This document shows, piece by piece, positions 53,851 to 63,834 of a stretch of DNA of 64,000 nt. Both the position numbers and the translations under genes were made by a program. The stretch's first letter is position 1. Each line of letters opens with the position of its first letter. The notes under the pieces are model-generated. The model was not told the DNA's origin. It ran no database searches and worked only from the letters and a program-made list of their open reading frames with translations. The DNA is taken from contig CAVUDP010000004.1 of the NCBI GenBank assembly GCA_963740315.1, positions 928,001 to 992,000 of the forward strand, read 5' to 3'. The stretch is from an uncultured cyanobacterium (GTDB taxonomy: Bacteria; Cyanobacteriota; Cyanobacteriia; Cyanobacteriales; Nostocaceae).

Positions 53851-54876
53851 TTGCCCGTGCAGCAACATTCACAAAACGTTTTAGATTCTCAACTCGAAGA
53901 AAAATCGGTTAAGGAATTTAAATTTGGCTGGTTCGATCGGTTTTGCCTGTGGTATCCTCCCGGTTGGCTAATTTTATTTAACCGTCACTGGCAACATTAT
54001 CATCACGATCCAGATGGTTGGAACTGGTTAGAATATATTTTATTCCTAATTCCTCTGGGATTTTATTTAGCATTATTGATCCGCTGGTTGCGTTTGGGTT
54101 GTCGTTTTCCGCGTGAGAAAGAAACTGAATTTAATCCGAATTATCAAATCGCTTTTCGAGAAGAAATTTTACAACCGATTATTGAATATTATTTTCAGGG
54201 TACCTTGATACAACTCGAAAACTTGCCGCAACATGAACCGATAATTGTGGCTGTAAATCATGCGGGAATGAGTTTTCCCTGGGATATTTTAACCTTGGGA
54301 TATTTATTAAGCAAACAGCAAGGATGGGTAGTATATCCTTTAGCTGGAATTGACTTATTTGAACATCCTTGGATAACTTGGTGGCTACCACCGGGATGGT
54401 CGCAAGTATTAGGTGGAGTCAAAGCAAGGTATGATGATTTTGAAGCTGCAATTAAACAAGAAAAGATTATATTATATGCACCAGAAGGTTTAAGAGGACC
54501 TGGTAAAGGTTGGTTCAAACGCTATCAGTTACAAAAGTTTGATATTAGCTTTATTAAGTTAAGTCAAAAATATCAAGTTCCGATTTTACCAGTTATTTGT
54601 ATTGGTAGCGAAAAGCTGCATCCTTATACTTTAAATATTAGTTGGTTGCAAAAATTATTTGGTTTACCTTTCTTACCAGCTTCACCTTTGATTCCGTGGC
54701 TTGCACTTTTTCCGAGCATGGGAGTTTGGGCTGGGAGAAGTAAATTGCGTTATTTTATTCAACCTTTAGTTGAGGTTAATGGAATGAAAAGTCGGGGAGA
54801 ATTATATCAGAAAGCCCAGGGTTTGAGAGAAGAGATGCAGAAAGAGATCGATCGGGTTTTAGAGTTACAAAATTAA
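53851..54876 (+). CDS. Lysophospholipid/glycerol acyltransferase family protein
   Basis: NHAGMSFPWD (HX4D-like), APEG, VPILPV. Confidence 0.8.
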   Translation: MPVQQHSQNVLDSQLEEKSVKEFKFGWFDRFCLWYPPGWLILFNRHWQHYHHDPDGWNWLEYILFLIPLGFYLALLIRWLRLGCRFPREKETEFNPNYQIAFREEILQPIIEYYFQGTLIQLENLPQHEPIIVAVNHAGMSFPWDILTLGYLLSKQQGWVVYPLAGIDLFEHPWITWWLPPGWSQVLGGVKARYDDFEAAIKQEKIILYAPEGLRGPGKGWFKRYQLQKFDISFIKLSQKYQVPILPVICIGSEKLHPYTLNISWLQKLFGLPFLPASPLIPWLALFPSMGVWAGRSKLRYFIQPLVEVNGMKSRGELYQKAQGLREEMQKEIDRVLELQN

Positions 54877-55169
54877 TTAAAAATAGAAATTAATTTAAGA
54901 TTCGATTCTGATAAATTCGGATGCAATGCATCCATAGCAGCTAACCCATGCTGAAAACCGATATTATAAGCATCTTCTAAATGTAATTCGAGCATTCCTA
55001 ACTGCCCAAAGCCCGCATTGATGTAAGGAAAATCGAGATATAGTTCTACTTTTCTGCTGCCATCGCATCTTTTCTGATAAAACTGCATAAGTGGACTGCA
55101 CTCTCATCCATATAACTAATAGTACTTAGTACGAACAAATTTTTTGTAGCAACAGTAGGAGCAAAAATT

Positions 55170-56432
55170 ATGATTAAAGGTAATTTTGAGGAATTTCTAG
55201 AAGCCTTGGGTGCTTTTGAATCAGGAAAACCATCAGGCGATCCACAACAATACGAAGCAGTAAATGATTTTACAGGTGCAACGGGTAAATACCAATTTAC
55301 GCAGATATTAATGCAAGACCTAGACTATTATCAAAATGATACTAACTTGTTTGATAATGTCTGGGATGGCGAGTTTTTAGGGAAAAATGGCATTACGAGT
55401 TTAGAATCATGGAAGAATAATCCAGCCGTCCAGGAAACTGGTATTCGAGAATCTTTTTTTACTAACTACGGCTATGTAAATGCCGTTCTCAATGAAAGAA
55501 ATATTCCCAATCTGGACACAACTTTTTTATCCAACAATCAAGATACTAAGACAGTTAAGTTTTATAAATTAAACAGCGATCGCACTGACTTTGAACGGGA
55601 TGCAAATGGAGAACCAGTATTAAATCAAGATCCCGAACTAACACAAGTAAACCTTTCTTTATCTGGGATTATCGCCGGAGCGCATCTTCGCGGAGGTTTT
55701 GGTGTAGGAGAAGTTATCTCGCAGTTAGATCAAAAAAGTGTTGTTGACTTTACAGATGTCACAGAATTTGATATCGATTACTACAGAAACTTTCTCTACG
55801 ATGAAATAAACACTTCTATCTTCAGATACATCAATGATTTTGGCGATTACGATGCTCAAAATTCTAATTTTACGCTCCCTAGCTATGGAAATGCTCAAGA
55901 TTATATACTGTACGGCACGTTGAATCAAAATTCTATCGATGGTGGTAATGGTAACGATCGAATTTATGGTCTTCAAGAAAATGATTCTTTAACTGGTCTT
56001 AACGGTAACGACTCGCTTTACGGTGGAAGTGGTAGCGATAAACTTCTTGGTGGTGATGGTGAAGATGTACTTGATGGTTGGTACAAGTCTTTTGAAGTCG
56101 GTCAAATTGACGAACTAACGGGTGGTAAAGGAGGCGATACTTTTGTATTAGGTAATGAAACTGATGGAGTGTATTATTTAGGAGATGGAAACGCTGTAAT
56201 TAAAGATTTAAGATTTTTGGAAGGCGATCGGTTGCAGTTGACTGGAAATATAAAAGACTACTCAATATCATTGAGTTTTTCGGATAGGTCATTAGAGCTT
56301 AGTTATAAAAACGATTTGATTGCAGAATTTGATTTTGGAGGGATATCTAGTATGTCTCAATATTCATCGTTCAATAACGCTTCTCTAAATAATACGTCTC
56401 TAAATAACGTCTCCGTTATGGATTTAAGCTAA
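55170..56432 (+). CDS. Lysozyme-like domain + RTX Ca-binding repeat protein
   Basis: ALGAFESG, GATGKYQF, SGIIAGAHLRG; GGNGND/GGSGSD/GGDGED nonapeptides. Confidence 0.72.
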   Translation: MIKGNFEEFLEALGAFESGKPSGDPQQYEAVNDFTGATGKYQFTQILMQDLDYYQNDTNLFDNVWDGEFLGKNGITSLESWKNNPAVQETGIRESFFTNYGYVNAVLNERNIPNLDTTFLSNNQDTKTVKFYKLNSDRTDFERDANGEPVLNQDPELTQVNLSLSGIIAGAHLRGGFGVGEVISQLDQKSVVDFTDVTEFDIDYYRNFLYDEINTSIFRYINDFGDYDAQNSNFTLPSYGNAQDYILYGTLNQNSIDGGNGNDRIYGLQENDSLTGLNGNDSLYGGSGSDKLLGGDGEDVLDGWYKSFEVGQIDELTGGKGGDTFVLGNETDGVYYLGDGNAVIKDLRFLEGDRLQLTGNIKDYSISLSFSDRSLELSYKNDLIAEFDFGGISSMSQYSSFNNASLNNTSLNNVSVMDLS

Positions 56433-56650
56433 TAATTATACTCACAGATGGCTAAGCTCTAAAAGACCGCCTTACCATACTAAACAAAATTTCAAGTTTG
56501 TAATAACTTCATTAATTACGATCGCAAAAATATCACTAATTCATAAGTGACGATGTATTATACGTAGAAATACTGCTATCTGCCTTTGAATTCGTAAGAA
56601 TACAGGTTTACTTTTGCAATACAGATAATCACTTTACGTGTATTAAAAAT

Positions 56651-58180
56651 ATGAAAATAAAAAAAGTTTGCGTAATTGGCGCAGGTATCAGTGGTTTAGT
56701 TGCGGCTAAAACTTTCTTGGAAGATGATTTTGAAGTAACGGTATTTGAGAAAAAACCGGAATTAGGGGGTGTTTGGCAAGAGTCGAGGGCTTATCCAGAT
56801 GTAAAAACTCAAAATAGCCGCCATACATACTGTTTCACGGATTACCCAATGCCAGAGGATTATCCAGAATGGCCAAGCGGCGAGCAAGTACGCAGATATT
56901 TGCAGTCTTATGCAGATAATTTTGGGGTGAGCGAAAGAATTTATTTTCAAACAGAAGTTATTGATATTTCCAGGAAAACAGGTGAAAATCATGTTTGGGT
57001 TGTAAGTATCAAAAAAGGCGATCGACAAATAGAAGAAAAGCACGAATTTGATTTTGTATTAATCTGTAATGGCTTGCTTCATAATCCGAAAATACCCACA
57101 TTTCCTGGTAAGGAAGAGTTTATTGCCGCAGGAGGAAAGATACTGCATTCGAGTGAGTGTAATGACGTTGATTTAATTAAAGATAAGCGAGTTGTTGTAG
57201 TGGGTTTTGGTAAATCAGCTTGCGATATTGCCACATTTGCAGCTAATAATGCCAAAGATTCAACATTATTATTCCGTCGTGCTTTCTGGAAGATTCCCAA
57301 ATTTTTCTTTAATAAAATCCATTTTGAAGATATTCTGCTAACACGTTTTTCTGAAATTTGGTTGCCTTATCGTAAAAACAAAGGAATTGAAAAGGTACTT
57401 CACAGTGTAGGTAAACCATTAGTATGGGGTTTTTGGCGTTTAAATGAATTAATTTTACGCAAGCAATTTAATCTTGATGCTTGCAAAATGTTGCCTACTG
57501 ATTTAATGAATGTAAGTCTTGGTTGTAATGCTAATCTAGCCGTAGACAATTTTTATGAATCCGTACAGTCAGGAAAAATAAAAGCGAAAAAAGAAAGTAT
57601 TGCTAAATATATTCCTGGTGGTGTAGAGCTTAATTCTGGCGAACAATTAGAGTGTGATGTAGTCGTTTTTGGTACCGGATTTCGTCAAGAGATACCTTTT
57701 TTAGAAGAAAAGTATCGTAATTTAGTCAAAGACGAACAAGGTAGTTTTCATCTCTACCGCAATTTAATTAATCCTGATGTTCCTAATATAGGTTTTGTTG
57801 GTTACAATTCAAGCTTTTTTTGTCCGCTGACATCTGAAGTTGGAGCTTGGTGGTTAGCAGAATATGTGAAAGGAAATTTAGATTTACCAACTCGATCGCA
57901 AATTCACGCGGAAATAGAAGAACATTTAAAATGGGATAAAGCAACTTTACCACCAGCGATCGCACCTGGTACCTGCGTAACTCGTTTTAGCTTTCATTAC
58001 TTAGAAGATTTAATCGAAGATATGGGTTTCAAAATATTTGGTAAAGGTGCGAAACCACTTCAAGGAATGATGGAAAGAGTAAAACCATCTGCATATCAAA
58101 AAATTCGCCAGCAGTTGCGTGGTAAAAAGCCTTTATTGGTGAAAGATGCTTCCGTGAAAGAGGTTGTGAAAATTAGTTAA
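56651..58180 (+). CDS. Flavin-containing monooxygenase (class B FMO)
   Basis: GAGISG, GGVW, F...GGKILHS, GFGKSACD, GTGF. Confidence 0.9.
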   Translation: MKIKKVCVIGAGISGLVAAKTFLEDDFEVTVFEKKPELGGVWQESRAYPDVKTQNSRHTYCFTDYPMPEDYPEWPSGEQVRRYLQSYADNFGVSERIYFQTEVIDISRKTGENHVWVVSIKKGDRQIEEKHEFDFVLICNGLLHNPKIPTFPGKEEFIAAGGKILHSSECNDVDLIKDKRVVVVGFGKSACDIATFAANNAKDSTLLFRRAFWKIPKFFFNKIHFEDILLTRFSEIWLPYRKNKGIEKVLHSVGKPLVWGFWRLNELILRKQFNLDACKMLPTDLMNVSLGCNANLAVDNFYESVQSGKIKAKKESIAKYIPGGVELNSGEQLECDVVVFGTGFRQEIPFLEEKYRNLVKDEQGSFHLYRNLINPDVPNIGFVGYNSSFFCPLTSEVGAWWLAEYVKGNLDLPTRSQIHAEIEEHLKWDKATLPPAIAPGTCVTRFSFHYLEDLIEDMGFKIFGKGAKPLQGMMERVKPSAYQKIRQQLRGKKPLLVKDASVKEVVKIS

Positions 58181-58182
58181 AA

Positions 58183-58872
58183 TCAAATTTCACCAACCCC
58201 AAATCGATAACCTTTACCATAAACGCTATGAATTAATTGCGTTTCACCTTTAACTTCAATCTTTCTCCGCAAAAGACGAACTAATGCAGCAATCACATTA
58301 CTGCTGGGTTGTTCGTCTTCTTCCCATAAAGAAAGCATTATTTGAGCGTGAGTCAAAAGTAACCCCGGATTTTCCATCAAATATTGCAACAACTGACTTT
58401 CTTTTTCTGATAGTTCAATTACTCTTCCTTGACGATAAGCTATTTGATTTTGAGAATCTAATTCTAAATCTTCGACAACAATTTTTTTATTTGTGTGAGT
58501 GTATTCTTCCACACCTACACGCCGTAATAAAGCCCTAACTCTTGCTAGTAATTCCCGCAATTCAAAAGGTTTTACTAAATAATCATCAGCACCTGCGTCT
58601 AAACCTTCTACTCGGTCATCTAAAGTATCTTTTGCTGTCAGGAATAATACGGGTGTCGTAACGCCTTGCTGTCGTAACTGCTGACAAATTTCCAAACCAG
58701 TTTTTCCCGGCAGCATCCAGTCTAAAATAAGTAAATCGTAATTACCTTTTTGTACGAGTTCGCTGCCAGTTGTGCCATCAAAAGCCGCATCAACTTTATA
58801 ACCTTCGCGAGTTAATAAGCGAGTCAAGGGGTTGGTAAGTTCGGTTTCGTCGTCAACTATCAAAATTCGCAT
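58183..58872 (-). CDS. rppA: OmpR-family response regulator (RppA-like)
   Basis: LDWMLPG, GLDAGADDYLVKPF, wHTH SVYGKGY; likely start ATG 58872. Confidence 0.8.
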   Translation of the reverse strand: MRILIVDDETELTNPLTRLLTREGYKVDAAFDGTTGSELVQKGNYDLLILDWMLPGKTGLEICQQLRQQGVTTPVLFLTAKDTLDDRVEGLDAGADDYLVKPFELRELLARVRALLRRVGVEEYTHTNKKIVVEDLELDSQNQIAYRQGRVIELSEKESQLLQYLMENPGLLLTHAQIMLSLWEEDEQPSSNVIAALVRLLRRKIEVKGETQLIHSVYGKGYRFGVGEI

Positions 58873-59024
58873 CTTCTTTATTTTAGATTTTAGATACTTC
58901 GGCAAGTCTTACAGTGAGCTACGTCGAACTGCTCAGCACAAGTTTTAGATTTTGGATTTTAACAACGGATGTTTTTATTTTGGACTAACAAATATATCTA
59001 ATACTAAATAAATGGTAGGTTAAA

Positions 59025-59240
59025 GAGAGAGGGGGAAGAGGGGGAGACAAGGAGATGGGGAGAAGGGGAGATGGGGAGATTAGGTGAAAATAATTCTGGG
59101 AGTTGTAACTCTTCACTTTTAATTACCAATTACCAATTACCTATTACCTATTACCTATTCCCAATGCCCATTCACCGGAGGTGGGAGGTAGCCCAATGCC
59201 CATTTCCCAACTAACAACTAACAACTAACCACTAACAACT
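59025..59240. repeat. Mixed STRR tract upstream of hisG
   Basis: GGGGAGA, AATTACC, CCCAATG and CTAACAA arrays. Confidence 0.82.
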
Positions 59241-59244
59241 GATT

Positions 59245-59904
59245 ATGTTAACCGTTGCACTACCAAAAGGTGGACTTTTAAAAGAGAGTATCCGCTTGCT
59301 AAAATCTGTGGGTTTGGATTTTAGTGCTTTTTTAACCGAAGAAAATCGTCAATTACAAATTTTAGATGCTAGCGGAAAAGCTAGGGGATTAAAGGTAAGA
59401 GCGCAGGATGTACCCGTTTATGTTGAATACGGGCAGGCTCAGTTGGGTATTGTTGGTGAAGATGTGCTGCAAGAAAAAAAGCCGCAAATTGCCCGCTTAG
59501 TCGATTTGGGGTTTGGTTATTGTCGGATGTCTGTAGCGGTGAAAGCTTCGAGTGCTTACAAATCGCCTTTGGATTTACCTGCTGATTGCAGAGTTGCATC
59601 TAAATATGTAAATTGCGCTCGCGATTACTTTCAAAGTTTAGATTTTCCTGTAGAAATTATACCTTTATCTGGTTCTGTAGAGTTGGGACCAATTACAGGA
59701 ATGTCCGAAGCGATCGTTGATATAGTTTCCACGGGAAAAACTTTAAAAGAAAATGGTTTGATTGAAATTGCAACTTTATACGAAAGTACCGCAATGTTGA
59801 TTGCTCATCCTTTAGCTTATCGTCTTAATAAGGATGGGATTAGTGATTGGATTGGGAAGTTACGACAAGGGGTGATGAGTGAGGAATTAGGAGTTAGAAA
59901 TTAG
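59245..59904 (+). CDS. hisG: ATP phosphoribosyltransferase, short form
   Basis: [34 protein letters not shown]. Confidence 0.96.
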   Translation: MLTVALPKGGLLKESIRLLKSVGLDFSAFLTEENRQLQILDASGKARGLKVRAQDVPVYVEYGQAQLGIVGEDVLQEKKPQIARLVDLGFGYCRMSVAVKASSAYKSPLDLPADCRVASKYVNCARDYFQSLDFPVEIIPLSGSVELGPITGMSEAIVDIVSTGKTLKENGLIEIATLYESTAMLIAHPLAYRLNKDGISDWIGKLRQGVMSEELGVRN

Positions 59905-59926
59905 AGTTTAGAGGATGTTTGAGACG

Positions 59927-60244
59927 TTACTCAGATTCTTCGCCTAAATAAGATTGGCTACTATGACGAACATGAAGAATTGAAACAACATCTTCTTCGA
60001 CAATAAATAAAGCTCGATATTTCCTTTGTTTTCCAATCCATATTTGCCGAATTTCACGGCCAATTGTTGCTGCTTCTGGTGCAATGGTACAGCGATTAGG
60101 AAACTTTCGTAATGACGTTATCGCGTCTTGAAGTTGGTAGTACCAATTATTTGCTACTTCTCCACTTAGGTTATCGCACATCCAACGATAAGCAGTTTCA
60201 ATCTCTTGAAAAGCAGTAGGCTCAATGATAACCTGGTAGCTCAT
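59927..60244 (-). CDS. RelE/ParE family toxin
   Basis: ParE-like pattern (YRALF..V.ILHVRH); 4-bp overlap with the upstream gene. Confidence 0.85.
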   Translation of the reverse strand: MSYQVIIEPTAFQEIETAYRWMCDNLSGEVANNWYYQLQDAITSLRKFPNRCTIAPEAATIGREIRQIWIGKQRKYRALFIVEEDVVSILHVRHSSQSYLGEESE

Positions 60245-60504
60245 GGGCGGGGAGGGATGTTAAATTTTTTCTGCAAGGTATCTAAAGCCTGCTCTGCGGG
60301 AATCCCCTCACCCCGCTCAAATTCATCTAACCCTTTACGAATACCTACTATTGCTTCTAAGTAATCGATTCGTTCTAAAAGTTCTCGATATGTGGTTGGT
60401 TGTTGTGGTGTTTTTTTAAGCGATCGCACAAAATTAAGTAAATCTTCTAGAAGCTCGTTTGGGGTATTATCAATTTCCTGCAACAGCAATTCTTTGATTG
60501 TCAT
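60241..60504 (-). CDS. Putative antitoxin
   Basis: MTIKELLLQEI..., IRKGLDEFERGEG; ATGA overlap with toxin; likely start 60504. Confidence 0.75.
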   Translation of the reverse strand: MTIKELLLQEIDNTPNELLEDLLNFVRSLKKTPQQPTTYRELLERIDYLEAIVGIRKGLDEFERGEGIPAEQALDTLQKKFNIPPRP

Positions 60505-60600
60505 TACACTTTTATAGATAGGATTTATTCTAGTATAGCGATCGCGCTCTGCATAATTACAGTATGCGCGATCGCACTTCAACGCAGTTATAATATCTGA

Positions 60601-60820
60601 GGTGAAAAGGGAACCGATGATTTTCAAGAAATGATTTCTTTGGTAAAGAGGTTTTGGGAACAAACGGGAATAACAGAAGCGAAGAAGGTAGAAATTTTAG
60701 AAACTATGGAAAAAGGTGTTTATCCAATTTCTGAAACCAGAGTTTTGCAATTATTAGAGCAAGCTGGTTTTATACGGGTTTGTGGGTTGGTGGTTGGATG
60801 GCTGTAAAAGATAATTTGTA
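60601..60820 (+). pseudogene. C-terminal remnant of a class I SAM methyltransferase with internal deletion/frameshift
   Basis: ...GVYPISETRVLQLLEQAGF, then YTGLWVGGWMAVK in another frame; no start. Confidence 0.55.
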
Positions 60821-60951
60821 ATTGTGGTGCGTTGCGAGTAAACGAGAAAGGGAATTCTAAAAAATCTTTCATAAAACTTTCACGGATGATTTAGATAGTT
60901 ATTTCAAACTTAAGTTGTATAAGCTTCAAACAACTTAAGGAGAGAAAAACA

Positions 60952-61296
60952 ATGAGTCAGGCAAAAGCGAATAAACCCAGAAAAAATTCAGCTTTCAAGC
61001 ATCTAATGTCAATTCACTGGTGGATGTTCTACTGCTACATCGTGCTTTTCATTGGTGGATCTTTTATGGCGCGTTTACCCAGAGATTTTTTTGTACGCAA
61101 CCCTTTGTACGACTTTCATAAAACTGTAGGAGTGCTGACAATGGGTTTATTAACCTGGAGAATCTTGACTCTGCTACGAGTATGGTGGAAGAAGTATACC
61201 AAGCGTTTGCCAAAGTATAGTCCTGAATGGATGCAAAAATTTGCCCTTCATACCGCTCTTTACCTAAGTACTTACCAATATTTTAATGTTGGTTAA
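60952..61296 (+). pseudogene. Truncated cytochrome b561-type (b/b6 domain) protein
   Basis: HWW, HKTVG and LHTALY His motifs; ends abruptly at a repeat element, fourth helix missing. Confidence 0.7.
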
Positions 61297-61325
61297 ATTG
61301 ATGATTTTAGAACGGCTGTACTTAG
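61264..61325. mobile_element. 62-bp MITE-like element with 8-bp terminal inverted repeats
   Basis: CTAAGTAC...GTACTTAG at the truncation point of the cytochrome b gene. Confidence 0.5.
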
Positions 61326-61617
61326 CGCTACCGCAACTCCTAGACGTTTTATTTGTTATCTCTAGCTCTACAGAACATATCTTTTTTATACACGGATTAT
61401 ACTTGTTTTATATTCTAACTTTTTGCTATATAGAATGGGAGTAAAGGGTAACAATGCCGGAGAAGTCGATATAGTTCAGTAATTTTACATACTGACATAA
61501 TTAATATATCTATGTAATAGTAGTTAGGAAACTTTTGGATTTATTGAGAGTTTACCTAATGATTGACAGTATACCGATTGCGGCTAATAAATACGACCTA
61601 AATGGAGGTTTCTGAAA

Positions 61618-62532
61618 ATGTCTCCCCTGACTTTGACTGAAGCCCTGGAAAAAATCGACCAAACCTTTGGTATTGACAAAATACTCAGTGACTTCGATCG
61701 TAATTTCATGGTGCGCTACTACACTCAGAGCGAAATTGGCTACCGCACCTATCATTCCGAACAAGACTGCGTTCACATGGCTTTGAACGAAGATGGCGTG
61801 TTTAACACCCAAGGATATTATGCACAGCCTAAAACCGTTGAGACTCATCTACAATCTCTAAATGCTAAACAGGTGCTAGAGCTTGGCTGTGGCAAAGGAT
61901 TCAACAGCGTCTTTTTAGCCGATCGCAATCCGGAAACCATGTTTACCGGCATAGATTTGACTCCCTTACACGTTAAAATTGCTCAGAAGAAAGCCGTTGA
62001 TTTGAAAAATCTCTCTTTTATGCAGGGAGACTTTAATCATCTTCCCTTTGCAGATGGACAGTTTGATGTTGTATTTGCTGTAGAATGCCTTTGCCACTCG
62101 ACCAATGTACCCCGCACGCTGGCAGAAATTTACCGGGTGCTTCGACCTGGTGGACGATTGGTAGTATTTGACGGTTATCGTTCCGCAGAGTTCGAGAACC
62201 AAGAAGCATCGTTGAGAACTGCTCAAAAGCTAATTGAAGTAGCAATGGCAGTTCAGGATGGCATGAACGATATTGATAACTGGTCTAACACCTCCAGCGA
62301 AGTGGGCTTTAAATTGCTCGAAAGCGCAGATTTATCCCAAGCAATAAAGCCCACCGTGTATCGGTTACAGCAGCTATCCGCCAGGTTTTTTAAGATGAAG
62401 CCTTGGAAGAGAAGATTGATATGGCGGTTTCGTACCTATCTTGTCAGAAATGCGATCGCAGGTCTACTAATACCCTTTGGTTTAGAAGCCCCTACCTGGC
62501 GGTATTACCTGAGTGTGATAGAGCGAAGCTAA
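61618..62532 (+). CDS. Class I SAM-dependent methyltransferase (sterol/tocopherol MT-like)
   Basis: VLELGCGKG, GIDLT, GDFNHLPF, FAVECLCH, EIYRVLRPGG. Confidence 0.88.
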   Translation: MSPLTLTEALEKIDQTFGIDKILSDFDRNFMVRYYTQSEIGYRTYHSEQDCVHMALNEDGVFNTQGYYAQPKTVETHLQSLNAKQVLELGCGKGFNSVFLADRNPETMFTGIDLTPLHVKIAQKKAVDLKNLSFMQGDFNHLPFADGQFDVVFAVECLCHSTNVPRTLAEIYRVLRPGGRLVVFDGYRSAEFENQEASLRTAQKLIEVAMAVQDGMNDIDNWSNTSSEVGFKLLESADLSQAIKPTVYRLQQLSARFFKMKPWKRRLIWRFRTYLVRNAIAGLLIPFGLEAPTWRYYLSVIERS

Positions 62533-62624
62533 GAATGTTTTGGTGTGCATCTCCAACGAACAGCTTTGAAGAAGGCGATCGCCACAACACACCCTACAAT
62601 ATACAATCCAAAATTAAATAACTA

Positions 62625-63638
62625 TTATCCATGATAGCTTTCCCCAGTAACTTTACCCCGGAAGACTACATATGAATAAAGATTGTAGAACAACATAATC
62701 GGGATTAAAGCACCGATAAATATAATCATAATTACCAGCGAACTGGGATCGGCGGCGGCTTGATAAATGGTAATCTTGGTAGGGATAATGAACGGAAAGA
62801 CAATTAAAGCTAATCCGATAAATGTAAGTAGAAAAAGCAGTATTGTGATAATAAAAGGCTTTCTGTCTGCTTTTTGGTTCAAGCTTTGAAGTAATTGCCA
62901 AATCAAGAAGATTCCGATTAAAGGTATTAAGGCAAAGATATAAACTAAGGGTTTAGAAAGTAAGCGAATTCGAGCAGTTTCGTAAATAAAAGGAGTAACA
63001 CCTGTAATTAAAATTGCTCCGATTAAAGTTGTAAAAGCGGCAAGTCTGGCAGTTTTACGGTGAGTTTCCTGCAATTCTCCATCGGTTTTCCAAACTAGAT
63101 AAGTGGAACCAATTAAGACGTAACCTTGAATTAAAGTTAAAGCTACTAATATAGATGGGATATTTAACCAGTCCCAAGTTGTACCGATAAAATGTCCTTT
63201 TTCATCAACTTTAATTCCCGCAAGTACTGCTCCTAAAGCAAATCCCTGTCCCAATGCTGCCAGAAAACTTCCGATCGCAAAAGACAGATTCCATACGAAT
63301 TTGTTTTCGGCTTCTTCACGAAATTCAAAGGCTACAGCGCGAAAAATAAACCCAAAAATCATAATGAAAATTGGCATATAAAGAGCGCTAAGAATTGTGG
63401 CGTAAGCTAAGGGAAATGCCCCAAATAAACTACCTGACATCAAAACCAGCCAGGTTTCATTCGCATCCCAAATGTTACTCAAGCTAGTCATTAAAATACC
63501 GCGACGCTCTTCTGTTGAGGAAGTCAGCGATAAAATACCAACTCCTAAATCAAAACCGTCAAGCATTACATAGAGAAACAAAAATAATGCTAAAATTCCA
63601 AACCATATCTGCGGTAGTAAATAATCTAATGTTTCCAT
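62625..63638 (-). CDS. cydB: Cytochrome bd quinol oxidase subunit II
   Basis: LDGFDLGVG, WDANETWLV, FRGK; true start ATG 63638. Confidence 0.95.
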   Translation of the reverse strand: METLDYLLPQIWFGILALFLFLYVMLDGFDLGVGILSLTSSTEERRGILMTSLSNIWDANETWLVLMSGSLFGAFPLAYATILSALYMPIFIMIFGFIFRAVAFEFREEAENKFVWNLSFAIGSFLAALGQGFALGAVLAGIKVDEKGHFIGTTWDWLNIPSILVALTLIQGYVLIGSTYLVWKTDGELQETHRKTARLAAFTTLIGAILITGVTPFIYETARIRLLSKPLVYIFALIPLIGIFLIWQLLQSLNQKADRKPFIITILLFLLTFIGLALIVFPFIIPTKITIYQAAADPSSLVIMIIFIGALIPIMLFYNLYSYVVFRGKVTGESYHG

Positions 63639-63647
63639 AGGAATTAA

Positions 63648-63832
63648 TGGGGGGATGGGGAGAGGGGGTAGAGGGGGTAGAGGGGGATGGGGGATAGGGA
63701 ATAGGGGGATGGGGGATAGGGAGATAGGGAGATAGGGAATAGGGGGATAAATAGGGAGCAAGATGCGAACACTACAAATATTTTTTATTTATAACTCCTA
63801 ACTCCTAACTCCTAACTCTTAACTCTTAACTT
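63648..63832. repeat. Mixed STRR tract between cydA and cydB
   Basis: GGGGATA, GGGGGTAGA and TAACTCC arrays. Confidence 0.85.
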
Positions 63833-63834
63833 TA

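Noticed and set aside
53627..53872. 81-aa minus-strand ORF between araC and the acyltransferase
   Set aside because: Overlaps both starts and occupies the divergent promoter region; no recognisable motif
2133..62582. Frequent GCGATCGC octamers
   Set aside because: HIP1, a well-known cyanobacterial genome signature
337..62901. Many 60-140 aa ORFs antisense to or nested in long genes
   Set aside because: Shadow frames of well-supported genes with no independent motifs
63639..63761. Proline-rich N-terminal extension of CydB in the ORF track
   Set aside because: Translation of an STRR tract; the real start is ATG 63638 (METLDY)
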